Positions 29,291 through 38,458 of a DNA stretch of 64,000 nt are shown one piece after another. Origin of the DNA: an uncultured Pseudomonadota bacterium (GTDB lineage: Bacteria; Pseudomonadota; Alphaproteobacteria; RF32; CAG-239); contig CACWSG010000006.1 in assembly GCA_902763535.1 (NCBI GenBank), forward strand, positions 3,352 to 67,351. Reading direction: 5' to 3'. The position numbers and the translations under genes were made by a program. Numbering within the stretch: position 1 is the stretch's first letter; the number at the start of each line of letters is the position of its first letter. The notes below the pieces were generated by a model. That model was given only the letters and a program-made list of their open reading frames with translations, was not told where the DNA came from and made no database searches.

Positions 29291-29746
29291 ATGAAAAAAA
29301 TACTGCTTTTGCTAATGATGTTATGTGCCTCTAACACGGCATGGGCTGGTGATGATGTCGTTGGCTATTGGACGACGATTGATGATGAAACAAATGCGGC
29401 CAAAAGTGTTGTGCAGATTTATGAATATCAAGGAAAAATTTACGGGCGCGTGGTGGAGTTGTTTCAAAACAAACAAGCCACAGCCAAACTACCGGATAAC
29501 CCGTTGATTAAAGGTTTGGATATTATCTGGGATATGGAAAAAGGCAAAAACAAATATTCCGGCGGCGAGATTTTGGATCCCAAAACCGGCAAGGTTTATG
29601 CTTGTGATTTGTGGCGCGAGGGCGATAAGTTGATTGTCAGAGGAAAAATAGCCTTCCTCGGGCGCAATCAAACTTGGGAGCCTAATACAACTTTTAAGCC
29701 AGAAACAAGCGACCAACCGGTACCCGCCAAACCTCGGTTGAAATAA
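29291..29746 (+). CDS. DUF2147 secreted protein
   Basis: Signal peptide and the GYWTTIDDETN...IYEYQGKIYGRV pattern. Confidence 0.75.
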   Translation: MKKILLLLMMLCASNTAWAGDDVVGYWTTIDDETNAAKSVVQIYEYQGKIYGRVVELFQNKQATAKLPDNPLIKGLDIIWDMEKGKNKYSGGEILDPKTGKVYACDLWREGDKLIVRGKIAFLGRNQTWEPNTTFKPETSDQPVPAKPRLK

Positions 29747-29760
29747 ATCGCTTTATTTTC

Positions 29761-29792
29761 AAAAAAAGCCTCCCTTAAAGGAGGCCTTTTTT
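29761..29792. terminator. Bidirectional hairpin terminator
   Basis: AAAAAAAGCCTCC-CTTAAA-GGAGGCCTTTTTT. Confidence 0.8.
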
Positions 29793-29848
29793 ATTGGCTG
29801 GAGTGAGCTTGCGGTTTTCGAACTGAAATAATGATATTGAAAATCGGA
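29791..29848 (-). repeat. Decayed copy B of the tRNA-Gln 3' end (att-like scar)
   Basis: TGGCTGGAGTGAGCTTGCGGTTTTCGAAC versus tRNA TGGCTGGGGTGGCAGGATTCGAAC. It also shares AAATAATGATATTGAAAA with copy C. Confidence 0.7.
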
Positions 29849-29872
29849 AATCTGTGTAATAGGATAATTTTT

Positions 29873-31150
29873 ATGAAGTACGCAGTATTAAATAATGAAC
29901 GAATTGAACCTCAAAAAGGAATAAAAAATGCAATATGTCCTATTTGTGGGGAGTTAGTAGTGCCAAAATGCGGACAAATAAAAATGCATCATTGGTCACA
30001 TCAAACAACTCAAAATTGTGATCCGTGGTGGGAGAGCGAAACAGAATGGCATAGGCACTGGAAAGATAATTTTGCAAAAGAATGCCAAGAAATAGTAATG
30101 CATGATGATAAGACGGGAGAAAAGCACGTTGCTGATGTTAAAACTAGAACAGGTATAGTTCTAGAATTTCAACATTCTTCTATGGATACAAAAGAACAGT
30201 ATTCGCGAGAGCAGTTTTATAAAAATATGGTTTGGATTGTTGATGCAAAAAAATATTATGACAAATTTAAGCAAAATATCGAGTTATTAGACCATTGCAA
30301 ATTTAATAAGAATTATTTTTATATGAAAATAGATTCTTTTGAATTGCAAAAAAATTGTTTTCCAAGGAGATGGTTAAATTCTTCAGTTCCTGTTATTTTT
30401 GATTTTGGAATAAATGACGATATTGAAGATGACGATTATAATAAGCAAAGAAAATGGTTGTGGTGTATTTTTCCTGAAAAATTTAGATGTTATTTTGATG
30501 AAACAATCTGTGGATTATGCTTAAAAAAAGAAACTTTTGTAAATAGAATTTCGAATTATGATTCTTTTTATCCAAATATGGTTATTCATGAATTAGAACA
30601 ATTAAAAGAACAACTCGAAAAAGAAGAGCTGGAACAAGAAAAAAAGCACCAAGAAGAAAGAAAAAAGCAAAAACAAGAATTGTTTAAAATAAAATATCCT
30701 AAAGAAGAAAAATGGAGAGAAGCAATATTTAACATAAAGTTGGATATTGAAAATAATAACTTGAAACCTAAAAAATTATATATTTCAGAAAATGGGGAAA
30801 TATTCGACAGTGATAAACAAAAATATAACGGTCTTAAATGCATGGTTTTAGGAATAAAATCTTATCCAAGTGTGTATAAAGGAAATGAATATATAAAAAA
30901 TGATCTCCTTTTATTGGTAGAAAGTGATAATAAATTTGTAGTAGCTACAATCCACATTCCATCTTCTGTTTTACATGATGATTATATAGGTTTTGATTTA
31001 TTTCATGGAAATTATAATTATTTTATAAGGACAATAACGGTAATTCCATATTATAACAAGTTTTCAATTTGGTTTGAAGATGATGAAATGATATGGATAA
31101 CAGAAAAATTAAAGAAGGACTTAGAGTTTATTTGTAATAATTTTAAGTAA
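29873..31150 (+). CDS. CoiA-like nuclease-domain protein fused to a coiled coil and an unknown C-terminal domain
   Basis: CPICG...HHWSH...ESETEWHRHWK...HVADV...VLEFQHSSM...VWIVDA order, as in the competence protein CoiA family. EQLKEQLEKEELEQEKKHQEERKKQK coiled coil. Start set at MKYAVL. Confidence 0.65.
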   Translation: MKYAVLNNERIEPQKGIKNAICPICGELVVPKCGQIKMHHWSHQTTQNCDPWWESETEWHRHWKDNFAKECQEIVMHDDKTGEKHVADVKTRTGIVLEFQHSSMDTKEQYSREQFYKNMVWIVDAKKYYDKFKQNIELLDHCKFNKNYFYMKIDSFELQKNCFPRRWLNSSVPVIFDFGINDDIEDDDYNKQRKWLWCIFPEKFRCYFDETICGLCLKKETFVNRISNYDSFYPNMVIHELEQLKEQLEKEELEQEKKHQEERKKQKQELFKIKYPKEEKWREAIFNIKLDIENNNLKPKKLYISENGEIFDSDKQKYNGLKCMVLGIKSYPSVYKGNEYIKNDLLLLVESDNKFVVATIHIPSSVLHDDYIGFDLFHGNYNYFIRTITVIPYYNKFSIWFEDDEMIWITEKLKKDLEFICNNFK

Positions 31151-31187
31151 CCACTTATATTTGATGTTCGAGCTTTATATGTCCTTT

Positions 31188-31246
31188 GATTGGTTGAAGT
31201 GGGCTTGTAATTCTCAAGCTAAAATATGATATTGAAAAAATAAAAT
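31188..31246 (-). repeat. Decayed copy C of the tRNA-Gln 3' end (att-like scar)
   Basis: TGATTGGTTGAAGTGGGCTTGTAATTCTCAAGCTAAAATATGATATTGAAAAA aligns along its length with copy B. Confidence 0.65.
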
Positions 31247-31296
31247 ATCAAGAATAATATGCCAGTATATGTATTTCAATATAAGGATATGCCACT

Positions 31297-31794
31297 ATGA
31301 ATAATGATAAATTTTATAAATCTGCAACAATAGTTGCTTTAGTTACAGCAATAGTTACATCTTATAATTATTATAGAATTAACAACATTTACCAACCTTC
31401 ATGCGATATTGATGTTGATTACATATCATCAACCATTCAATATTGGATGAAAGAAAGAGTTCCAAGCAATTTTTTAAAAACAAATAATTTAGAAATTGTT
31501 GATATGAAAGGTTTTGCCGAATATAACACCATTCCGCAATGGAATAAGATGCCATTATATGAAGATTTTAAGCATAGTACAGTATGTAATGCTACTGCAT
31601 TTGTTGATTTATCTCCTATTTCAAATAATAAAGAAAAAACAGACAATGCAGATGTCGTAGGAGATAAAAACATAGAGGAAATATCTTTAAGGTATCAACT
31701 TATAGTCGGTGGTGGTATAAGAATGTCAGGTCCTGATGTTGAAGATATGAATAAACAACTTAAAGAAGCTGTAAGTAAGCACACTAAAAAATAA
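31297..31794 (+). CDS. Hypothetical N-terminally anchored protein
   Basis: One TM helix (ATIVALVTAIVTSY), very AT-rich, no recognisable family. Confidence 0.45.
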   Translation: MNNDKFYKSATIVALVTAIVTSYNYYRINNIYQPSCDIDVDYISSTIQYWMKERVPSNFLKTNNLEIVDMKGFAEYNTIPQWNKMPLYEDFKHSTVCNATAFVDLSPISNNKEKTDNADVVGDKNIEEISLRYQLIVGGGIRMSGPDVEDMNKQLKEAVSKHTKK

Positions 31795-31982
31795 ATTTGC
31801 CAAAATTTAAGATGTGACAAAACATCAAATGAGGAGTCCCTGTGTCTTAACAAACAAAAATCTTGTCACAACATTCGAACTTTTATAAGTTATTGATTTT
31901 TAAGAAAACTTGATAAAATTAGTTCGAAGATTACCCAATTTTATGCTTTTTTCATATCGAACTTTCGAACTCAATTTTTTAA

Positions 31983-32020
31983 TAAAAAAAACAAGGACTT
32001 AAACGTTAATTTAAGTCCTT
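31983..32020 (-). terminator. Terminator of tRNA-Gln
   Basis: AAGGACTTAAA/TTTAAGTCCTT 11-bp stem followed by a T-run on the minus strand. Confidence 0.75.
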
Positions 32021-32029
32021 TGCACAATG

Positions 32030-32104
32030 TGGCTGGGGTGGCAGGATTCGAACCTACGAATGTCGGCACCAAAAGCCGATGCCTTACCACTTGGCGACAC
32101 CCCA
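32030..32104 (-). tRNA. tRNA-Gln (anticodon UUG)
   Basis: Hand fold: acceptor TGGGGTG/CACCCCA (U1:A72), anticodon loop TTTTGGT, T-arm GTAGGTTCGAATCCTGC, encoded CCA. Confidence 0.93.
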
Positions 32105-32189
32105 ATCCGCTTTTTTGCTTTTGGCAAAGCTATATGTAGAATAAAAATATTTTATTTGCAAGAACTTTTTTTATTTTTTTACATATATG

Positions 32190-33116
32190 CTATTTTTTAG
32201 CTTTCTTTCCGCTGAGTTTTTTGGCCAAAATACTCAAGCGGGCGCGCAGCCTCATTTTGGTTGTCAGTTGTTTCTTTTTATTGTCTTCTTTGATTTTTAA
32301 CAAATCCAAATCATGCTCGGACGACATACGGGTCAATATGGTTTTTACCACATGGTCAAGCTCGGTATTTTCCCGATAATCCGCCGGCAGCGCAAAATCC
32401 ACTCTGTCATCAGCCAGCAGTTGAATAGCGGTTTCTTTATGTTTGCTTTTGGGACGATAAACCGCAATCGCTGTTCCGCCTTTATTTTTAACCACTTTCA
32501 TTGAGGGAATATCCGTCATCCCGTCGCCGAAATAAATCATTTGTTTATAAGGTATCGGGCGCTGTTCGTCAGGCATATATTCATTAACTGCTCGATCTTC
32601 GGTTTTGCCCAACCCCTTATTGATTTTAGCCAAATATTGGGTTTTGGTTGAATAATTGACCACTCTGGCCGGCCAAATCGGGGTTCCGTCATCACCATAA
32701 ACATACGAGCAGCCGAACACTCTCTTAAAATGCTTGCGAATGGTCGTTCCGTTAATAATTTCTTCCATCCCTGATGAGATGATATAATGCTCAATGGCTA
32801 AGCCTAAAGATTTGCCATATTCATTGATGCGGTCAAACCATTCTTCCACACCGGCAAAATAAGTTATGCTTTTAGCGGCATCCCACAAAAATTTTTCGGT
32901 TAATTTGATGCCCTTTTCTTTAGCTGCATATTGGATATAATACATCGTGCCGGTAATTTGATCGGCACAATGTTCGCGCGACCATTCGTTTGCTTTAGGC
33001 CAAAAAGTTTCCGGAGTTTCGCCCAAAGCCGGAATCAAAATATAATCCTGCATATAGGTAGTGCTTAAAGTTTCATCAAAATCATAAATAAACGCGACTT
33101 TGTTATTTTTCGGCAT
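32190..33116 (-). CDS. HAD-superfamily hydrolase-like protein with a Lys-rich C-terminal tail
   Basis: FIYDFDETLS (DxD motif I) and YFGDGMTDIP (motif IV). Start probably MPKNNK behind GGAGA; the ORF-track start is 33137. Confidence 0.7.
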   Translation of the reverse strand: MPKNNKVAFIYDFDETLSTTYMQDYILIPALGETPETFWPKANEWSREHCADQITGTMYYIQYAAKEKGIKLTEKFLWDAAKSITYFAGVEEWFDRINEYGKSLGLAIEHYIISSGMEEIINGTTIRKHFKRVFGCSYVYGDDGTPIWPARVVNYSTKTQYLAKINKGLGKTEDRAVNEYMPDEQRPIPYKQMIYFGDGMTDIPSMKVVKNKGGTAIAVYRPKSKHKETAIQLLADDRVDFALPADYRENTELDHVVKTILTRMSSEHDLDLLKIKEDNKKKQLTTKMRLRARLSILAKKLSGKKAKK

Positions 33117-33205
33117 CTTAAATATCTCCGCTTGCATTTTTTGATTTTGTATTATACAACGAGATAAGTTAATTTTTAATTTATAAATGAGATAAGAGGT
33201 TAGTT

Positions 33206-34567
33206 ATGGCTGCAACATCTATGGATCAATTGGTTTCTTTGTGCAAACGCAGAGGCTTTATTTTTCAAAATGCCGATATTTACGGCGGTCTGCAAGGCGT
33301 TTATGATTATGGTCCGCTCGGTGTTGAACTCAAAAACAACCTCAAAGCCGCATGGTGGCGCGCCATTGTCTATGAACGCGATGATGTTGAGGGCTTAGAT
33401 GCCGCAATTTTAACCAACCGTGCCGTTTTGCATTATTCCGGACATGAGGATACTTTCTCTGATCCCATGGTTGATTGCAAAAAGTGCAAAGGGCGATTCA
33501 GAGCCGACCATATTAACGGCAAATGCCCCAACTGCGGTTCTACTGATTTGACCGAGCCGCGCCCGTTTAATCTGATGTTCAAAACCGCTATCGGTCCGGT
33601 TGATGATGGTTCGGTATTTGGTTATTTGCGCCCCGAAACCGCCCAAGCGATTTTTACCCAGTTTAAGAATGTGGTTGATTCCACTTCGCGAAAGTTGCCT
33701 TTCGGTATTGCCCAAATCGGCAAATCTTTCCGCAACGAGATTACCCCGCGCAACTTTATTTTCCGCGTGCGTGAGTTTGAGCAGGCCGAATTGGAATATT
33801 TTGTTATGCCCGGCGAAGATGAGGCTTGGCACGAAAAATGGAAAGAAGCCCGCATTGCTTGGTGGGAAGCCCAAGGGCTCAAACGCGAAAATATGAATAT
33901 CTATACCACCCCTAAAGAAGATTTGGCGCATTATGCCAAGGCTTGTTATGATATTGAATATCAATTTCCGCACGGTATGGAAGAATTAGAGGGAATTGCC
34001 AACCGCACCGATTATGATTTGGGTAATCACACCAAGGCTCAAGAGGAGCTTAATTTGACCTCCCATTGCCATGAAAACCATGAATCAACCCAAAAACTCT
34101 GTATTTTAACCGATGACAACAAGTGGGTAGTTCCTTTTGTAATTGAGCCGTCGATGGGTGTTGACAGAGGAGTATTGGCGGTGATGACCGAGGCTTATAC
34201 CGAGGAAGACTTAGGAAATGGCAATTCGCGCATTGTCCTCAAACTCAAAAAACATCTTGCTCCGATTAAGATTGCCATTATTCCGTTGAAAAAGAACAAC
34301 GAGCAGATTATGAACAAATGCCATGAACTCAAAGGAGAGTTGATGAAATTGGGTATCGGTCGCGTGGCTTTGGAGAATACCGGCAACATCGGTAAGGCTT
34401 ATCGCCGTCATGATGAAATCGGTACTCCGCTTTGCTTGACGGTTGATTTTGAAACTATTGAAAATCAACCCGAAACCGTAACCTTACGCGATCGTGATAC
34501 TATGGAGCAAATCCGTATTGAAACCTCCAAACTCAAAGAGTATTTGCGCAACTATTTTTTGGAGTAA
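33206..34567 (+). CDS. glyQS: Glycine--tRNA ligase, single-chain dimeric (GlyQS) type
   Basis: N-terminus [28 protein letters not shown] and [23 protein letters not shown] class II motifs. Confidence 0.92.
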   Translation: MAATSMDQLVSLCKRRGFIFQNADIYGGLQGVYDYGPLGVELKNNLKAAWWRAIVYERDDVEGLDAAILTNRAVLHYSGHEDTFSDPMVDCKKCKGRFRADHINGKCPNCGSTDLTEPRPFNLMFKTAIGPVDDGSVFGYLRPETAQAIFTQFKNVVDSTSRKLPFGIAQIGKSFRNEITPRNFIFRVREFEQAELEYFVMPGEDEAWHEKWKEARIAWWEAQGLKRENMNIYTTPKEDLAHYAKACYDIEYQFPHGMEELEGIANRTDYDLGNHTKAQEELNLTSHCHENHESTQKLCILTDDNKWVVPFVIEPSMGVDRGVLAVMTEAYTEEDLGNGNSRIVLKLKKHLAPIKIAIIPLKKNNEQIMNKCHELKGELMKLGIGRVALENTGNIGKAYRRHDEIGTPLCLTVDFETIENQPETVTLRDRDTMEQIRIETSKLKEYLRNYFLE

Positions 34568-34570
34568 TTC

Positions 34571-35311
34571 GTGCGCTACAAACTGACAATAGAATATGAC
34601 GGAACTGACATTTTGGGCTGGCAAAGACAACTGGACGGTCCATCAGTTCAGGAATATCTGGAAACGGTTTTAGAAAAATTATCAGGACATCATTCTGAAA
34701 TTGCCGCCGCCGGTCGCACCGATGCCGGCGTGCACGCGCTGGCCCAAGTTGCCCATATGGATTTTGACACCTCTATGGAAGATTGGAAAATTCGCGAGGC
34801 TTTTAATGCCAATTTGCGCGAATTGGGAGCCAAAGTATCAGTAGTCAGCGTGGAAGCGGTGGCGCAAGATTTTCATGCCCGTTTTTCGGCTAAAGGACGA
34901 GGTTATATTTATCGCATCTTTAACCGCAGAGCCGCTTCAGTTTTATTAGAGAATAGGGTTTGGTGGGTGCCGGTGAAACTTGATATTGAAAAAATGCGTC
35001 AAGGTGCGCAATATCTTCTCGGTCATCATGATTTCACTTCGTTTCGTGCCGCAGCTTGTCAGGCCAAATCACCGATAAAAACTCTTGACCGATTAGATAT
35101 TGAAAAACATGGCGATGAAATAATATTTACCGTGGAGGCTCGCTCATTTTTACATCATCAGGTTCGCAATATGGTTGGTACCTTAAAAATGGTTGGTGAC
35201 GGTCATCTGAAACCACAAGATGTTAAAACCATTTTGGAAGCCAAATCGCGTTCGGCGGCAGGAGTTACTGCTCCGGCTTGCGGACTTTATCTGAGCAAGG
35301 TAGTTTATTGA
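34571..35311 (+). CDS. truA: tRNA pseudouridine38-40 synthase
   Basis: YDGT..GWQRQ and AAGRTDAGVHA catalytic Asp motif. GTG start. Confidence 0.92.
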   Translation: MRYKLTIEYDGTDILGWQRQLDGPSVQEYLETVLEKLSGHHSEIAAAGRTDAGVHALAQVAHMDFDTSMEDWKIREAFNANLRELGAKVSVVSVEAVAQDFHARFSAKGRGYIYRIFNRRAASVLLENRVWWVPVKLDIEKMRQGAQYLLGHHDFTSFRAAACQAKSPIKTLDRLDIEKHGDEIIFTVEARSFLHHQVRNMVGTLKMVGDGHLKPQDVKTILEAKSRSAAGVTAPACGLYLSKVVY

Positions 35312-35518
35312 TATTTTTGCTTGACAAGCCGATACCAAAATACTAAAAAAGATTCACTTTTGAATTTTTATGACTATTATAGTTCTTTAACATATGTTAG
35401 TTGCTCCATTACCTGCGTTAGGTCTATGAACGGTGGAGCGCCGCTTGATTTTTCAAGTGTTTTTTTTAATTTTCCGCTATGAACAGCGGCTCGTGCGACT
35501 TTGGCGAAGCACGAATGA

Positions 35519-35600
35519 GAAAAAATAGTTCCCGCTATTGGCGAAAGATGTTGGCTGGGTATAAGACTCACACACTTTCGGATAGCCGGACTATTTTTTT
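35519..35600. repeat. Long hairpin element, copy 4. Arms AATAGTTCCCGCTATTGGCGAAAG / CTTTCGGATAGCCGGACTATT, 27-nt loop, flanked by an A-run and a T-run.
   Basis: Read directly. It contains the CGGATAGC motif shared with copies at 62-287. Confidence 0.65.
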
Positions 35601-35614
35601 GTTTTAAAAAATAT

Positions 35615-36028
35615 TTATTGATTAACATTTGGCGAATATATCGTCTGTGGATTAGCATTGTTGCCTATTACTCCGACATCTTGCACCGGATACGATTGTA
35701 CATCATAGATTTCGCCATTAGCTTCCATCAAAGTATTTTTAAATTGTTGCCCCAAAGTCTGTGCTCGTTGCGGCAAACTTTCTTTTGTATTTGTTTGTCC
35801 GGCAACTGTGTTGATATTATCATGCAGTGCATCTGCCGCATTATAAGCTCTTGGCGCAATATATGGTCCGACGATTGGATTTCCCAAAGGATTTTCGCTA
35901 TTCGGTTGTTCAATTATCGCAACATTTTTGCCCCCGTTTGGCGTATTGGCCATAGCTTCTGCTATTGTTGGCTCTTGTGCCTGCACCCCATAAGAAGCCA
36001 TAACCATCACTAATATTTTCCACCACAT
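35615..36028 (-). CDS. Hypothetical secreted protein
   Basis: Signal peptide MWWKILVMVMASYGVQA; no family recognised. Confidence 0.5.
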   Translation of the reverse strand: MWWKILVMVMASYGVQAQEPTIAEAMANTPNGGKNVAIIEQPNSENPLGNPIVGPYIAPRAYNAADALHDNINTVAGQTNTKESLPQRAQTLGQQFKNTLMEANGEIYDVQSYPVQDVGVIGNNANPQTIYSPNVNQ

Positions 36029-36160
36029 ATTTTTTACCTTTCCGCTGTTTTCCATAATGTAATTTCAGCACTAAAAAAAACAAGTTATCTGCAAAAAAAT
36101 AGTGATTTTTTAATATTTTTATGTTACAATATATTTGTGTTTGTAATTAGGAGAAATATT

Positions 36161-36334
36161 ATGAATGCAATCGATTCTATTAGTTCTTATGTTGCTTCCA
36201 TGCAACAATTACAAATGAGCATAATCAAACAGAACCAAGAAGTTCAGCAACAGCTTATTGAGGTTTTAAGCGACGCCGCAAGATCAGTTCCGACATCTTC
36301 CGACAAGGGCGGCAACTTGGATATTACCGCTTAA
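36161..36334 (+). CDS. YjfB-like putative motility protein
   Basis: MNAIDSISSYVASMQQLQMSIIKQNQEVQQQLIEVL pattern. AGGAGA RBS before the ATG at 36161. Confidence 0.6.
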   Translation: MNAIDSISSYVASMQQLQMSIIKQNQEVQQQLIEVLSDAARSVPTSSDKGGNLDITA

Positions 36335-36648
36335 AAGCTCACCATCATTGCAAATGAAAATGTCAATACGAACGCCAACAAAAAGCGTACGGAGTTGCCT
36401 ATTGCTCTTAATACGGTTGCAAAATTATCAACTTCCGCACCGCCCTCTTTATATATCTTTGCAAAAATAAATGTATAAGCAAAAGCCCAAACCACCCCGC
36501 CGATATATATATACGAAGTGCGAAGAACGGTATAAATTTGCGCTTCTTGCAGATTCATCATTGCGGCAACCGCTAAAGCAATCCCGCTCAACACCATCGG
36601 ATGAAAAAACAATCCTGATGTAAAAAGCGCAATAATGCCTTTAAACAT
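36331..36648 (-). CDS. Hypothetical 3-TM membrane protein
   Basis: Hydrophobic segments only. Confidence 0.45.
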   Translation of the reverse strand: MFKGIIALFTSGLFFHPMVLSGIALAVAAMMNLQEAQIYTVLRTSYIYIGGVVWAFAYTFIFAKIYKEGGAEVDNFATVLRAIGNSVRFLLAFVLTFSFAMMVSF

Positions 36649-36655
36649 TGAGCAA

Positions 36656-36859
36656 CTAACCTATCAAAATTTTACGAGTTAAATAACGACTGTTGTTCTG
36701 CTGTACCGGCCACTCACTGCGACTGGATGTCTTTACCACATTCAAGTTTGGTAAAATTCTTGCTGCCTGACTAAATAATGCCGCTGTTCCTCTGGCCTTA
36801 ATACGGAGATTCTGTCCCTTGCTCCAATCAAACATTTGTTTGTCAATACTCGTTTGCAT
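36656..36859 (-). CDS. Hypothetical small protein
   Basis: ORF only, tightly spaced with the downstream membrane ORF. Confidence 0.35.
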   Translation of the reverse strand: MQTSIDKQMFDWSKGQNLRIKARGTAALFSQAARILPNLNVVKTSSRSEWPVQQNNSRYLTRKILIG

Positions 36860-36945
36860 ATCTAATCTCCTTTAATTTTCAGAACAAGTTGATATACGAA
36901 ACATAGTACTATATAAATGTAAACAAAAGTTTAATTGTCACGCAA

Positions 36946-38304
36946 TTATGCAATTTTTGATAATTTTTCAATTCTGTTCCATAACTGTGCGCCGAAATCA
37001 TGCACCATTGCCTCATCATCACCGCAAACCCAAACTCTAATCTTAGGCTCTGTTCCTGAGGGGTGAATAACCACTCTTCCATGTCCGGCAATTTTTTTAT
37101 TCAAATTTTCTGCCAGCTCGACCAATTCCGAATTGGCCGTGATTTTTTTAACCAATTCACGCTCTGACAAAACATAATTTTTGTAAAACAAAAAATCATC
37201 CTTAAACAGCGGAAAAATCTGCGCCGGTTTTTTTCCCTGACGCACCATACCTTTTAACAACCTTATCGAGGTCATCATCGCATCACCGGATTTGGCATAG
37301 TCCAACAAAACAATATGTCCAGACTCCTCCCCTCCGATCATACCGCCGTTTTCCTTCAAAGCATTAATCACATAGCGTTCACCTACACCGGTCGAGCAAT
37401 ATTGCAAATTAAGTTTTTCTGTAATAAAGCGCTCCAAAGCTGTATTTGATAATTTCGTCGAAGCAAAAGCTCTTCCCTTGTTTTCACCGCTCTCTTCCGC
37501 ATCCATCGCCAAAAAAGCCATCAAATGTTCGCTTTTTATCAATTCTCCGGTGCCATCACAAATTTTTATTCTGTCACCATCGCCATCAACAGCAATTCCT
37601 ATATCTGCACCGACTTCCTTAACCTTTTCTAACATTGCCTCAATATGTTGCGAGCCGCAATCACGATTAATATTACATCCGTCCGGCTCAACACCCAAAC
37701 TGATGACCTCCGCTCCTAATTTGGTCAAAACATCCGGCAATATTTTATAAAAACAGCCATTTGCGCAATCAACCACAATCTTCCATCCCGCAAAAACCGG
37801 TTTATTGTCGCACATATCCAAAGCAATTTGCTCATATTTTGCGCTTATGCTGTTATCATCAGAAACTCTTCCTAAATGATTTTTAGAAAAACTAAAATCA
37901 TTCTGTTCAATTATAGCCTCAATTTTTGCCGTAACTTCATCGGAAAACTTATCACCGTCATTTTTAATCAATTTTATTCCGTTGTCCTGATAAGGATTAT
38001 GTGATGCCGTAATCATAACCGCCATATCAACATCCAATTTGTCGGCAAAAGTAGTCGCTGCCGGAGTAGGAATAACCCCCAATCTGATCACATCAATACC
38101 CGAAGCGGTAAATCCGGCGGTCATCGCCGCTTCCAGCATATCACCGGAAATGCGGGTATCTTTGGCTATTGCCACCTTTTTCTTTATGGTGCAAATTTCC
38201 CCGCTTAAGGCACAAGCCAACCGAAAAGCAAAATCGGCGGTCATCGGAAATTCATTTGCCACACCGCGCACACCATCTGTGCCAAACCACTTATTTTTAG
38301 CCAT
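36946..38304 (-). CDS. glmM: Phosphoglucosamine mutase
   Basis: FGTDGVRG, TASHNPYQDNGIK and GGEESGH motifs. Start set at MAKNKWFGTDG behind AAGGAG. Confidence 0.93.
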   Translation of the reverse strand: MAKNKWFGTDGVRGVANEFPMTADFAFRLACALSGEICTIKKKVAIAKDTRISGDMLEAAMTAGFTASGIDVIRLGVIPTPAATTFADKLDVDMAVMITASHNPYQDNGIKLIKNDGDKFSDEVTAKIEAIIEQNDFSFSKNHLGRVSDDNSISAKYEQIALDMCDNKPVFAGWKIVVDCANGCFYKILPDVLTKLGAEVISLGVEPDGCNINRDCGSQHIEAMLEKVKEVGADIGIAVDGDGDRIKICDGTGELIKSEHLMAFLAMDAEESGENKGRAFASTKLSNTALERFITEKLNLQYCSTGVGERYVINALKENGGMIGGEESGHIVLLDYAKSGDAMMTSIRLLKGMVRQGKKPAQIFPLFKDDFLFYKNYVLSERELVKKITANSELVELAENLNKKIAGHGRVVIHPSGTEPKIRVWVCGDDEAMVHDFGAQLWNRIEKLSKIA

Positions 38305-38395
38305 AATCAAATCTCCTTTATATCTAAAATATGGAATCAGTTTACCCCGTTTGTCCCAAAACAAAAGTAAAATATATTTTTTTTACGCAGCCCTA

Positions 38396-38425
38396 TTGAC
38401 TTTATACCCACAAGGGGTATATATA
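38396..38425 (+). promoter_or_regulatory. Promoter with an embedded CsoR-type operator
   Basis: TTGACT (38396-38401) and a TATATA -10 element. The inverted repeat TATACCC-ACAA-GGGGTATA (38403-38421) fills the spacer. Confidence 0.6.
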
Positions 38426-38458
38426 AACCTATCAAACAACTTTTTAAGGAGTAAATAA

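Noticed and set aside
33410-33973. 187-aa ORF antisense to glyQS, plus smaller overlapping ORFs
   Set aside because: It is a shadow of a highly conserved aminoacyl-tRNA synthetase gene.
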